Shown here piece after piece: positions 11,243-26,707 of a stretch of DNA of 64,000 bases; within the stretch, counting starts at the first letter, position 1; the number at the start of each line of letters is the position of its first letter. The DNA is from Oopsacas minuta (lineage: Eukaryota; Animalia; Porifera): assembly GCA_024704765.1 (NCBI GenBank), contig JAKMXF010000288.1:186001-250000 (forward strand). The letters run 5' to 3'. The translations under genes and the position numbers were made by a program. Under the pieces are notes generated by a model. The model did no database searches and was not told the origin of the DNA. It was given only the letters and a program-made list of their open reading frames with translations.

Positions 11243-14200
11243 CTAACTATCTCCCCATTCATCATCATCAACACCTTCCATTAAGTCCTGTTTCAACGGT
11301 TTATGTTCTAACACCTGCATTCTTTGTATCATACCATCTACTAATTCCTTCTCATGGTCAGCAGCTGATCGATAATCCTGAAAGGTTGATTTTGCCAATT
11401 TATTGGTGGAGGTTTTTGCCGGGGCTTTGCTGAGTGGGGTCATTCCGTCCGGTTGTAATGATACCGTACGGAGCTCCGGCTTTTTGCCGGATAACCATTC
11501 CTCCGCGGTTAAGACTGGTTCCCAAGTCGGCTGGGTGGGCGGGAACAAATCATCCTGGAAGAACTCGTTACGCACACGCGGCACTTTAAACCCGAATAGT
11601 TCCAAAGAAGATTGCGTGAGTCTAACCCCTCTAACAACCTCGCTATCTCTCACCTGACAAGCTACTTTAGGGAAGAAATATAATTCCTGACTCTGTGACG
11701 GTAACGAAAGAGCTGACAGAGCAAAGAAGTAAGGATGATCACTTGGGAGGTATTCATACACAAAAACAGATGATTCACCACGTGTTGTGAAGAATAATAG
11801 ATTTGTATCAGAATCGAAATGAGGAATAAGTAGAGATGGTGATGAAACATTTGTAATGGAAATTACACTGAGTATTGCGTCAGAACCTGTTTTTAAGGTG
11901 TCAAAAAGATGGAAAACTTTCGTACCAGTTTTCTCGAAGCCACTTATCAAAATTCGTGTTTGAGACAGCCAAATGACACGACCCGCTTTCCCACTAGAAG
12001 GTCCGGTCGCTTGCCAAACAGGATCAGGCCCTTGTAATGGGGAATATACACATACGATAGAATCTTTATTGAACACAGCTAACTGACAACCATCTGGACT
12101 CCAGGATAAACTAATGATCGGGGCAGCAGACGAATTTAACGTAATTTTAACCTCACAGGATATTAAATCCCAGATCAACAGCTGAGGGTAATAATCAGCT
12201 GACGCGATTAGCGATGAAGCTAGCGGATGAAATGTTAGACTAGAAATCCTATCTTTATGTTTTTCAAATCTTGTATGAGAGAATTCCCCAGATTCCATGT
12301 TATCAGGTGTTACATTCCAGATCCTAACTCTACAGTCTTCGCTAGCAACTATTAATCTACTCGGATCAAACCTATCCCATACAATATCTGATATGTTACT
12401 AGTGTTTTCTAGAGTGACAGCATTTAATAGCCTACCTGAGTTCTGGATCGGGATCAGAGCTATCTGACCTCCTGCTCCTTGAAGGGGTACTGCTGCTATT
12501 CCTGTTAATACCTCTTTGTTACTGTCTAGTGATAAGCTTGGAGGAGATAGAGCTACCTGTAAGAGTAAGCACAGTAAACTCTAGGTATAATGAAGTGCTT
12601 GGGACGCCGGTTTCATTTCGTTGTGAGTAAAAGCAAAGAGTTTCAAGCTATTAGGGCACTCCGTTATAACAGGAGTTTACTGTTATTATTAAACTGAAAA
12701 TTTGCCAATTTACACATCAACGATGTGTGTAATTCATATTATTACTTGCATTCCCAATGTGCTTTTTGTTGCTATGAAGCTTTGAGCTCCCATTGGCAGA
12801 ATTTTCGAAGGAATTCTCGCCGTAAAATACAGTAATAGGATCACTAAGGGACCAGACAATACAGAGTTTAGACCTGTTGGAATTTCCTTACGTATCTTAT
12901 CCCTATAAGAATTAGTTAACAAACCTGTATCATATGTCCATCAATAGGAATACTCTTACATAGAGTAGGAATACCAAATATGAATGTATTCTTATGAGCT
13001 AGTTTTCCTTCTAAATGCTTAAACGGAGTATTCCGTATTCCTGGTATAACTTTAACCGGTTTCACAGGTATCACTTCCTCAATTGGTTCTGGTACTGGTT
13101 CGGTATCTGGTTTATTCAGTTCCGATTCTAATTTCGCAGCTGCTCGCGCGATTTTCTGCGGGTCGAGTGTAGTTAGTTTCGGGCGTCGGTTAAAACCGTT
13201 AATCCATTCTTCCGCGGTCATACCGGGATCACTTCCAAATGTGTCCGGATATAAATCAGCATGGAAGTCCATATATGATTTACGTGTAACACTAATTGAG
13301 ATAGGAATGACGTCACGCTTTGTTAGTTGCAGTATTCGATCTATTTCACATTTCATAACATCTACGGCTCTTTTGGGTATCAAACAAATAGATTTCGTCT
13401 CTGTTTTACCGTGATAACTGGTGCCGGGTATCAGGTAAGGGGAGGCGTCAATGAACTCGAGACAGTGGATGAAAACCTCACCTCTTTGTCCGAGGAATAA
13501 TAAATTAGTGTCTGTGTCGAATAGCATCGAAATTGTCCGGTTTGAAACGCCAAACGTCATACTATTGAGCTTCTTGCATGCACGTAAGTCCCATATGGAT
13601 ATTTCTCTGTCTCTTGATTGGTTGAGTGAGGATACGACTAGCTTTTCTGATGGTAAACATTGGATCTGAAAAGTATAAATAGAAAAAATTATTTATTTAC
13701 GAATTATTAATGGCCAAAATTTGAACTTTTCAAGCAATTAAACAATGGAAAATATCCAAAATAACTTTCTTAAAATAATAAGCAAATTAATATTTAATAT
13801 AGTTTTAATAAAATGAAACTTTTCTTCATATTTATAGCTGAGAAAGTTTGGATACAGTGAGTGCCTAACATAGAATTTTGCCGATTTTAGCTAGAAAACA
13901 CACAAATGACTCATAGGATAATAGTGTAGTTAACCACTTAATAGCAAATTGTGTGAGTAGATTAAATATAAATATGTTATGCAAGATGTAATCAAATTTT
14001 TAAGAAATATAGCTATAACTAGAAATACAGGTGCATATAATGTGCTATATTAATCTTGATGTGATTGTGTAACTGCCCACAGCTACCACATATTTATCCA
14101 GAGACATACAGATGTAATTATTGTGCATTAGGTTGGTTAATTCAGTAAAGAACCTCAATGAAATATAAATATTCTTTGCAAGTAGTTGTAAGGTAGAATG

Positions 14201-15357
14201 TTACATAGAACCAACATTATACTGGCTAATATACGAGTACAGTAGACACTAATATAATCACACTATTTGTAGCTCTGGACAGTATGCAACTATGTATACA
14301 TTATAAATAGGAATCACACGCACCACTCCAGGTATTGCACATCACATGAGATATTGAGAAATGACGTATGCATCCACAGTATAGAAATAACATGCAAACA
14401 GGATTCCGAAAATACTTCAAAAAGTGAAACAAAATTCTAATTCTACAAATTATAAACTCAATTACCTGGAATTCTTTTCCAACAGGGTAAGTAGCTACAT
14501 CTACAACAGATCCCTCTTTAGCTCTAGGATCCACACACCTGACTACTCTATCCTTACCAACAATACCAAGAGTCCGTCCTTCTACTTCCCAACTCATAGA
14601 CTGTATCAGATCACCGCTAACATCTTCAGAGAATAAGCTCTGTAGAGTTGTGACGTCATAAATATTCAGCTGTTTACTATTGCATGATGCTATTATGTTA
14701 TCTGCTAACGGATTGAAACTAACAGCTTCAATACGGGATGGACAGGATAGAGTAGACTGGAGAGTAGCTGATCCTCCTGATCCAATTCTCCATAACTTTA
14801 TCTATAGTGAAATTGGGTGGTTAAATATGGTGTCATTTATGAAATAAAATAGACAACTTGGAAAGCGGATAGCTGAGAAACCAATTCACCAATCGACTAG
14901 CTCAAAAAAGCATGTACAGTCAATCCCGCTTTATATCGAATCTCAAGGGATTACGACAATTCCTTCGATATTAGCAGGCATTTCGATGTTTCCCTAGTTC
15001 GATATAACTGGAGTTGACTATAATTACCACATCCTCAAATACCTGTTTATCCTCTCCAGCGGTTGCTAAGATATCCTCAAAGAATGGAGAGAATTCCATA
15101 TCAGTGATATTAGCAGAATGAGCATGTAGTAGAGGATAAGGAGGCTGTAGTCTCCCTACAGTACTCAGAGGGTACAGTGCTATAGTACCAGGGGACTCCC
15201 AACAGAATGTCATGTGACTGATACTAGCTGCTATCCCACGTCCTAGAGAATTGAAATCGTTTGGAGCTAGAATGTCCTGCAGCCAAAATTCTCGCTTCGG
15301 AGCCTGCCCGAAAGCATTTTTGTATATCGATTGGTTCTTGAAACGACTGGCTGCCAT
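11243..15357 (-). CDS. CORO7: Coronin-7 (tandem coronin), multi-exon
   Basis: N-terminus MAASRFKNQSIYKNAF..HSANITDMEFSPF. Two coronin C-terminal motifs (VTRKSYMDFHADLYPDT; VPRVRNEFFQDDLFPPT). Acidic end EGVDDDEW. Confidence 0.93.
14917..15020. mobile_element. CAGT-type MITE (internal motif family 'cccttgagcttcgatataac') in a CORO7 intron
   Basis: TA|CAGTCAATCCC ... GGAGTTGACTA|TA. Confidence 0.65.
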
Positions 15358-15872
15358 TCTTGATATTATCTAAGTTATGAGGCTGATAGATGGACTTTGC
15401 GTATGAGCAAGGAACTCGCAAAATAAAAGGCGAACTCCACTGTAGCAGTATCAAATACTTGAAAAAATATTGGAAAAATACTTACTTACCAATCCAATTT
15501 TCCCAGCATTTAGATTACAAAATCCCGGATATCATGTTATCACCCCCAATTACAACCGAAAATATCCAGAAATATAGAAAAAAATTCCAAATTTCCCCTG
15601 AATAGTCGATATTAAATGAAAACCCCGGGATAACCAGGAATCTCGGGAGGATACCTACATACATACAATAGTAGATCTTGTTATACTAACACAACTGGAC
15701 CGTATAAAGTTGTGAGTTTGAGAGTGTACAAGAATTTAATCTCATTAAGACAATCAGTGAACCTGATATCCTACCAGACAAATATCTATACAGATACAGA
15801 CACCATAAATACAATAAAACACATTCAGTAAGCCTATAATACAATCCAATAGGAGAACAAACAACGAGCAAA

Positions 15873-17441
15873 ATGGCAGAATTAAACGGATTCGAGATAG
15901 GACTAATCCTATTGTTGTTATTCATAACAACCTATAATTGTATTATTCTACCTCCGAAGCATACAGGGACAAATCAAGCACTGATATTCATACAAGGAGC
16001 AAATCTACCAGCTGATAAATACACTGATCTATTAAAGGAAGTACAGAGTAGGGCTACATCCGCGTTATGGATCGCGATACCTGAATTTACGTTAAATATG
16101 CCCAATCCTTTAGAAATACAAGAGAAAATAGAAAATATGAAAGAGGAGATAGCAAAACATGTGAAAGTAGAGAAATACTTCTACGCAGGACATAGTTTGG
16201 GCGGGTATATGCTCTCCGAGTTTGTGAGGAAAAATTCTAAAGACTTATCAGCTATTATTCTAATGGGATCGTTCCTAACAAGGGATGTGACGAGGTTAAG
16301 CTGGCCTGATGGTGAGTATATTATCGATTACCCTGTCAATGTTTTGACTGTTGGAGGGGAACTTGATGGTATGTGTCGTGTAACACGAATGGCAGAAGCA
16401 TATTACAAACAGCAAGTTAATGTCAAAATGGCAAAACAGAAGGACAAATTCCCTCTGGTAATTATTGGGGGAATAAATCATGCGCAATACTTCTCTGGGG
16501 AACCGAATTCTTTCATACAAAAGAATGATTTGAAATCAGAGATAACTAAATTAGATGGCTTTAATATTATTTCACAGGTGATAGTGGAATACATTGAGAA
16601 CTACGAGGATCTGGATAGTTCACAAATACTTAAGACATTACGTGAATGGACAGAAGAATTTATAGCCCCGTTAATCACAGCATTTCATATGGAAGGTTAT
16701 TACCAATTCAAACCTGCATGCTATAACAAATCACTTGAAAACGCGAATATTAACACATGTGGTCATGGGTCTCCTTGGTCCAATAGGGGGCAGATTATAA
16801 TGGGCGGGCTGAATGCCACAAAATTGCGGAATGTATCACTTCAAAATGATGATAATTTCCATCGCGTGTACACAGTAACACCCGTTCACCTGCCTATAGT
16901 TAACAACACATGTTCTGGAGATATACCGTGTATTCTACATAGCATAACTGTATCAGAAAATTACTATGAGAGATTTGATAATGTATTAGACACGGGTTTC
17001 TATGCTGAATCAGCTCTTGAAATAAAATGCAAAATGTCCTCTCGGCAGAGAATTTGGGAGAAAGCTGGGTTGAAAGATGTGAATTTCAATAAAACAGATT
17101 TGGGGGATATTTGTAAAGCTATTAATCAAGTTTCACTCGATTACAGCAAGAGTATTACTGCAAAACGGACACTGGCCCGATATAATATCAAAGGGGTACC
17201 ATTCGTTATGGGGCCAGATTTAGGCCCTTATAACGAGGGACCATTATGGATATGGCATTATATGAACTATAAAGCTGTTAATAGGGACGGTAAGAATGAA
17301 ATATTTGTACAATCTCCTATGATGAGGACATCTACTGATTATCCGATAGCATCAGCTAGAGGATTCCATTACTGCAAGCTATTGAGTCCTGCTAGAGTAT
17401 TGGAGCATATCTATATTGATAGTTTAAGAACTGAGGACTAG
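15873..17441 (+). CDS. Secreted or membrane-anchored alpha/beta-hydrolase (Abhydrolase_5-like) with Cys-containing C-terminal extension, single exon
   Basis: 522-aa ORF with a hydrophobic N-terminus (IGLILLLLFITTYNCII), nucleophile elbow AGHSLGG, acid GGELDG and His motif IIGGINHAQY. Confidence 0.85.
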   Translation: MAELNGFEIGLILLLLFITTYNCIILPPKHTGTNQALIFIQGANLPADKYTDLLKEVQSRATSALWIAIPEFTLNMPNPLEIQEKIENMKEEIAKHVKVEKYFYAGHSLGGYMLSEFVRKNSKDLSAIILMGSFLTRDVTRLSWPDGEYIIDYPVNVLTVGGELDGMCRVTRMAEAYYKQQVNVKMAKQKDKFPLVIIGGINHAQYFSGEPNSFIQKNDLKSEITKLDGFNIISQVIVEYIENYEDLDSSQILKTLREWTEEFIAPLITAFHMEGYYQFKPACYNKSLENANINTCGHGSPWSNRGQIIMGGLNATKLRNVSLQNDDNFHRVYTVTPVHLPIVNNTCSGDIPCILHSITVSENYYERFDNVLDTGFYAESALEIKCKMSSRQRIWEKAGLKDVNFNKTDLGDICKAINQVSLDYSKSITAKRTLARYNIKGVPFVMGPDLGPYNEGPLWIWHYMNYKAVNRDGKNEIFVQSPMMRTSTDYPIASARGFHYCKLLSPARVLEHIYIDSLRTED

Positions 17442-17950
17442 CAGTTCTATACTTCTATGCTGTACATATCATTTAGTTAGGGAATTATATCGTTCGTTAA
17501 TTATTGGAGAGTTGATTATTTTTCATATTTACTATGATTCGCGAAAAATGACATAGAATTAGAAAATATACGTTAGAACCTCGTTAATACGTACGCCAAG
17601 GGACCGTCGAGATTTGTACTCCTTAACCGGAGTAAAAACAATTGAATATCCATTGTACGGACTAAAATTGTGTTCGTATTAACGAGGTTTCACTGTATTC
17701 ACCATTCAAAAATGCTGAAAAGTGACAAACCAGTCTTGAGACCCGGCCCCATGAGACCGGAAATATCCCCCAGGAAATCCATCAGACTATATTCACAATA
17801 ATAACATAATTGTACATCAATCTCTCAAACAAAAACAGGTCCCTATCCAATCCAACAAAAGCCATAATCTACAAACTTCGCAATAAACTAAAACCTACGA
17901 AATATATATAAGAAAGGCTAAATCTTTTTAGAACAAACAAGAGTAGCTAA

Positions 17951-20649
<2,699 letters not shown>

Positions 20650-20696
20650 TCTAAGCAGTATATAAACTTAAATAAAAATAATATAACTACGCAATA

Positions 20697-20856
20697 TAGT
20701 GTAACCTCCACACACGCAAACGGGGAACTTCTGAAAACGGAGTGAAAAAAATAGAGCGCTTCTAATCCCATATAAATGGACTTCCACTAACGGGGGTAAC
20801 GAGGTGACGTTTTCGGCGTCGCTGGACCTGTCACCCCGATTGTTGAAATTCCACTG
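20697..20856. mobile_element. CAGT-type MITE, second family (internal 'ggaattcgctctatttttttcactc')
   Basis: TA|TAGTGTAACCTCCAC ... GAAATTCCACTG|TA. Related copies or fragments near 1410-1480, 5560-5710, 7490-7600, 8110-8260, 18800-18950, 25470-25620, 29340-29410, 42540-42595 and 55310-55370. Confidence 0.7.
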
Positions 20857-21307
20857 TATCTAGCTTGTAGATTATTATTACGAATTGAAAATTGAAACTA
20901 AAAAAAACGGAGGCGGGGCTGCTGTCCTTTGTAGAGAAGTTTAGCGCTTTTCTGAGCATCATAGATATTTTATAGTATAGTAGGCATGTGTATATGTATA
21001 TTATGGATACTGGAGAATAGTCCTATATCGAATTTCCCTTATAATCAATCTTGAATAACCAATTAGCCGTGTTTATGAAGTACTGGAATTGTATTATCCA
21101 GGATTATGGCATACTGGGCCGTCCCTAGGAGGAACAAGGGCAGGTACCAATAGTATAATACTGTAACTACCCAGATGTAATAAAATAACAACAGAACAAT
21201 CAAATGATAGAATAACAACAGAATTACACATTCGAAACAATCAAGGAATAGTCTCGAATTATTGTGTGTGAAAATTGAGATTAATCATATACAAATATTT
21301 TAAAGTG

Positions 21308-23979
21308 TTAAACCAATATATCACCATCCTCATCAGTAACTACACGTGATAATTGTGAAGAATTTACCAAAGATTCGATTTCAGATCGATCCAACTTGGG
21401 AGTATCTAAATCAGTGGCTGAGTATATGTATGTATCGATGAGACCCTGAAATACACTGAGGTTTCCTTGGAAACAAGGGGAATTTGAATTTGGTTCAAAT
21501 ATTAGCGGACAAAGCAAGCGCGTACCGTCACGGGATGACCGCCGTTCCGTGGCCTTGGCCCCCAAACGGGTCGAACCTTTCTTCTTAACTTTGTGGCTGG
21601 GCGGGGAAATATGTACGAAATTTTTAGTTTTTGATTTATCGAGTTTATGCTGCGCGCAGTGAGGGCCTATAACTTTCATAAACTCTTCCTTGACAACCGA
21701 TCTCAAATGAGCTTTGCTCTTCGGAATGTTAAGTATTTCAGCTAACGTACTTCCCGTGAAACTATCTTCTAGCATCATAAAAGCCCCGTTAATCCCAGAT
21801 CTCTTAAACTCATCCATACCTCGCATCCTAAGGGTCAGAGCTATCCATTCGCCTACATGAGGACACGACCAGTATAAACAGTTATCTTGGAGCTCACGAC
21901 TGTCTAGGTAGTTTGGGGAAAATGATGTTAAACGTAACGCTTTTATAGCTGATTTCAAACTCAATTGGTAGAACGGTTCTTCTACCTTGAGGAGAAGTAA
22001 ATCATCAAACGTAAGCATGTATAGCATACGACCGTCAACACGTGCTTGTTCGAAAATAGGACATATCTCTGTTAACCCATTCATTTCTAGCCAATTAAGG
22101 ACCCATTTATAGTTGAGGTCGGTGAGGACTGTTGTTCCGTATTTTAAGGTCTCTTCTAAGGCTAGTTCTAACTTCTTTTTGTGGAGAGGATGAGAGAGGG
22201 AGAGAACTTTCTCTAATTTACCTAGATTGAATTAAGAATAAATAAACAAATGGATGAATGGATAAATGCAAAAGAAGAAACAAACAAACAAACAAACAAA
22301 CAAACAAACAAATACTCACCATCAATAACTAACTTCAACAGAGTACAGCTATTAATTCTTTCATTCAAGATCTTCTGACAATATTCTTCTAATCCCAGAG
22401 CTACAAACCATTCCTGTAGTGCTATTATATCTTTAGATAAGAACTCTCTTCTATGAGTTTGATCCATAACTAATAAAGGAGGAGTAGAACCGAGAATAAC
22501 TACCTTCTCTCCTTGTTGCCCTTTCTTTAATTTAGTTCCTATCGCTTTTGTGAATTTCCGCAAACTCCCTCTCCTCTTAAAAATGGGGGGTTGGTCTTCA
22601 AGAGATAGCCATGGTTCTGGGGTACATGCTTTGTGCCTGTGTTGTCTATCGTCTGTGTGAAAATCACGAGTACTCTCATGTGACAATAGCCCCATAGATT
22701 CTACACGCATAAACGCTTCTCTTGATATAGGAATACTATGCTTATAATGGTTAGAATCTTCTAAGTCTGACAGGTATCCAGGAGTTGTATTTCCTGCTGG
22801 AGTAGTAGAAGCCCTGTCTCTGGAGTAACGAGGTAGTGTAGTACTGAGGTATGAACTACTAGGTAGAGATTTGGTCCTTGCTTGAGGAGTATATTCATTA
22901 ATAGCAGATGCTGAGGTTGTGGTAGAAGGGTAGTCTGAATCTGTTTGTGGTATATGAGGTACACTTGTAGATAACTAAAGGGGAAGCTCGTGAATACGGA
23001 AAACAGAGGACAATCGATATTCCGTCCTTCTTATCATGGATTAATCGTATAAAAGAGATGGAAGTTCGATATAACTGGAATTGACAGTATCTAACAACTT
23101 ACAGTAGATTCCCGTTTATTAGATACAGGTATTAGACCTGTCTCACTTGTAGTCTGACTGATGTGTCCTGAAGCAGAGAGGTGTGTCCTGGGTGTAGAGA
23201 GAGGAGAGAGAGGTGTACCTGTGATCAATTCACACTGTTTGTCTTCTGGAATAAATTTAAGTAACCATTGGACTAACATACGAGCTGTGTCTTCTGGGAT
23301 CTAAAAGAGATAGAGATAGCCGTTATAAGACATACAGGATATAAGCACCATCCTCTGGAAATTGTTTCTCATGTATTTCCTGGTATTTTATGGTGGTTAT
23401 AAGAACATAAGAGCAGACTGTTAACATCTGTTAGCTGTTCAGATAACGGAGTAATGCCAATTGAATAACAATGGTAGGGACCTGATTTGTGTAAATATTC
23501 GTTCGTCTTATTCGTATTAACGTGGTTCCACTATATACTATACATTCCTCTGTTGTCAGGGAGAATTTTCGTTGCTATCGAGTGAATTCCTTCAGTTTAT
23601 GATACAGAAATTCCTCAATTCTACTATAACTCACATTAGTATCGCTAGAGCTTTCATGTTCATTATCTGATAGAAGAACAGATAACTCCTGACATAGCGA
23701 TCTAATCTGATCTCCTCTCTCATACACTTCAGGGAGATCATTGATTATGAGTGAATCTTCGAATTCTTGAATTTCCGGTGGTAACACCAGTCCATTGCGA
23801 TTCCTCTCAAAAGCTAATAATTGAGAGACTTGACTTATTGCTAATTCTATATTATCTAAGGTGACAAAATCTTCTATATTCTCTACAGAGTCTATACCAT
23901 CTAATGAGTTTAGTGACGTATCACTGTTATCTGATGCTAGTCCGTTATATAATCTCTCTTCTGATGGTGAATCTGTCAT
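21308..23979 (-). CDS. PPFIBP1: Liprin-beta-like protein (triple SAM domain), multi-exon; 5' end tentative
   Basis: SAM motifs LQEWFVALGLEEY, RVDGRMLYMLTFDDLLLLKV, WSCPHVGEW and SGINGAFMMLEDSFTGSTLAEILNIPKSKAHLR (liprin-beta: GSGVHGGLMVLEPRFNVETMAQLLNIPPNKTLLR). A kazrin-type assignment cannot be excluded. Confidence 0.7.
22278..22312 (-). repeat. (TTTG)n microsatellite directly after a GTGAGT donor
   Basis: About 8 AAAC units on the + strand abutting tactcacc (reverse complement ggtgagta). Confidence 0.9.
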
Positions 23980-25019
23980 TTCTAACAAATTTATTATATC
24001 TACCTATTTTAAGCTTTGTTGTATTGTTAGATTGTTTGTCTGTTCGTTTGTTATTCGTACAGCCAACCTCCGTTATATTGAAGTCTAAAATTGTACAAAT
24101 ATGGCCACAACTCCAAACCAAAAGCTTCGATATACTGGGAGTTCTTGTTTCTTCTATAAATTCTAGAGTTCTGACTTTTGTTAGCAAAGATACAAGGCAT
24201 AGAGTTATATAAATGAATGAATGGGGTTAGTTTAGGTCTGTCTATGCATTTGTGGCAAAGATATAAGTTGTCCAGAAATTCCACAAATAGTTAGGCCAGG
24301 TCAAACATAAGTGGTAAGCCCTATGAAAATACTTTCTTCACAAAAATATATATACATACTTTGGAATGTTCTCATAAGGGCGAAATGATATATGATCATT
24401 CGAAATATTAAGTCTCCTGTATAGAGTATTTATGGTTGGACGAATTGTCTCGAGACACAACTTTTCGGGAAGAGGACACTCTAACCTCCATTTTTGCGAT
24501 TTTCGACCACATTAAACAGACCTATAGTCCCCGAGATATGGCTATACAAAGTGACTGAGCCACAAGCAACTTTGGCAAATTACGGGAATATACGAACAAC
24601 ATGAGCACTTTTTGAATAGAATAGATTTAGTCCTTTGATTGAGCAATAAATATGTAAGTAATATAGAATATAATTAAGAAACGGAAAATTCTAATAATTA
24701 CTTAATAATCATATTTGTTACCTATCTGAGCCACAAATTACACGCTTAATAAACTACGGAATTGATTTAATATATTTATACGGGCGAATATAGGCTGACA
24801 GTTTAATTTTAGTTTGAATGGAAGTTTGTCACATTTAATTGTGAAGACGGACTGTATGTGATTGTATATTAACGAATACATAAATTGGTAAACTTGGCTA
24901 CTGGAAATATATGGAATATTCTGTTTGGTGGGTTAATTACTAGAATTACTGGTTTATTATTATTAGATGGATTTCTATAGAGGAAGAAGAAATTTGTTGG
25001 TACTGTAGTTAATGAATGG

Positions 25020-25355
25020 CGGACACTTTGTCGCCGGACATTTAGTCGGGATATTAATCGATAATAAGTGTATTAAAATTGACGGTTGTGTGCTATCCCT
25101 CTTAAATAGGAGAGAGTTTCTCTATTGTCATAATTTGCTACTAGACTTAAAATTCAGCTTCTCCACCTTGAATAAAGCGACGCTAGATAATCCTGTCAAA
25201 ATCCATTTTCTAGCATCTTCTAAGTCAGTTCTAAATACTCAAGCCAACTCACAGCCTTCAGATCCTTCCACAATCACATCAAAAATCTTCACTGCTATCC
25301 ACTTAGTCTACTCAAGTGCTCAGCTTCTCCACCTTGCCCGGCGACGAAATGTCCG
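25020..25355. repeat. Inverted-repeat-bounded element (possible MITE)
   Basis: CGGACACTTTGTCGCCGG (25020-25037) and CCGGCGACGAAATGTCCG (25338-25355) are near-perfect inverted repeats. Internal direct repeat CAGCTTCTCCACCTTG near 25156 and 25321. Confidence 0.5.
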
Positions 25356-25723
25356 ATTACCGTATTTAATATATTGTCTCGAATCGGACTGAGGAAGGTA
25401 TTTGACACTCTTCAACAACCTCACCCGGGTGTTCAGAGGTCAAACACTTATAATGTTATATAGTAAAACATCCACAAACAGGGCCTGTGGAAATGGGGAA
25501 CTTCTAGAAATGAGTAAAAATAAATAGAGCGAATTCCTAGTCCAATGTTAATGCACGTCTACAAACGGAAAACGGGAAGCATTTTTCGCTTCCTACTCCC
25601 GTATGTGGAGGCTATACTGACCTGTGGAAAGTTTCTTATCAAATTCCATCAAATAAAACGAAGCCATTGAAATCGAAATAACAAACTACACAACATTAAG
25701 AATTACATTATAATAGACAAAAG

Positions 25724-26107
25724 TCAATCAAGTGAAGGTTGTGGCTTTTGTTCCAACTGTTGACATAATTCTTCTATCTTAAGTTTGATATCATCTCTGG
25801 ATAGAAAGGATATATGAATTAAATGAGATTCTCCTGATTCCATCTCAATATTGATATTAGATTTCTTACGATCCTCTACCAATACATTTATCTTGTTGTC
25901 AGGGTTACTGAATTTAAGCTGTGGAATGCATTCTATTAGGAAGAATTTAGCGCCAGGATGTTTGTGTGCTGGTGTGTCGCTAGAAGCTAAAAATAGCTTT
26001 ATTACTTTGACCTTTTTTGGAAGTTTCACTGGCCATTTACTAAGATATTCGTATGTCCGATTTTGCTTTGAAATAGATTTCAAAACCTGTGTACCAAGAT
26101 TAGCCAT
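25724..26107 (-). CDS. MRPS25: Mitochondrial ribosomal protein S25 (L51/S25/CI-B8 domain)
   Basis: RTYEYLSK..VKVIKL..GAKFFLIECIPQLKFSNP..ESGESHLI parallels MRPS25 RTLQYLSQ..VKVMTV..GARKFVFFNIPQIQYKNP..DSGEQVLV. Confidence 0.8.
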   Translation of the reverse strand: MANLGTQVLKSISKQNRTYEYLSKWPVKLPKKVKVIKLFLASSDTPAHKHPGAKFFLIECIPQLKFSNPDNKINVLVEDRKKSNINIEMESGESHLIHISFLSRDDIKLKIEELCQQLEQKPQPSLD

Positions 26108-26707
26108 TACACTTACAGGGTAAATAGTAAATAGCTATGGAGAATAGTACCAAAACGGAGAATGTAACAAAGCAAAACGATAGGAATTATGTCAAATTCA
26201 CTTCCCTTTGCACAGCCCTGAGGAAGACGAGTGAATCTTTAAATACAGTAAAATAATAACCAGGACAGTGGACAAATTGTCTCCTTTACCCCTTCGATAC
26301 TTTATCCAATGAATATTAATTCGATCATTACGTACACCAGATAACACCTACAGTTCCCATACGTAAGTAATAACAAGCGTATCGTACACAGTATCTGACG
26401 AATTGAGTCACTGGACAAGAAACAAAACGATACAAATACAGTATTTCATGTTTCCTCAAGGGGTAAGTAATATCAGAGGTCTACTGTAGTTCAGTACTTG
26501 GTATTTGTAGCAAAAATAGATTAGATAGCCTGAATATCCCCTTATACACACTTCTTAACATATACACTTCAACAATGTGTAATTATTGAACAAAAATCAA
26601 GCATATTCCTCAAAAAACAATCCAAATATTTGTGCTTAAGTAAGAAATACAGTAATTTATGAGATAAAAATATGCATCCATTAGTTGTGGCTAAATCAGC
26701 TGGTTCA

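Noticed and set aside
15873-17441. Recent bacterial HGT or contamination argued from the lack of introns
   Set aside because: Many clearly native genes here are intronless, base composition resembles the neighbours, and the flanking genes are spliced eukaryotic genes. Only phylogeny could support HGT.
25012-25392. 126-aa plus-strand ORF
   Set aside because: Lies within an inverted-repeat-bounded element and has no recognisable domain.
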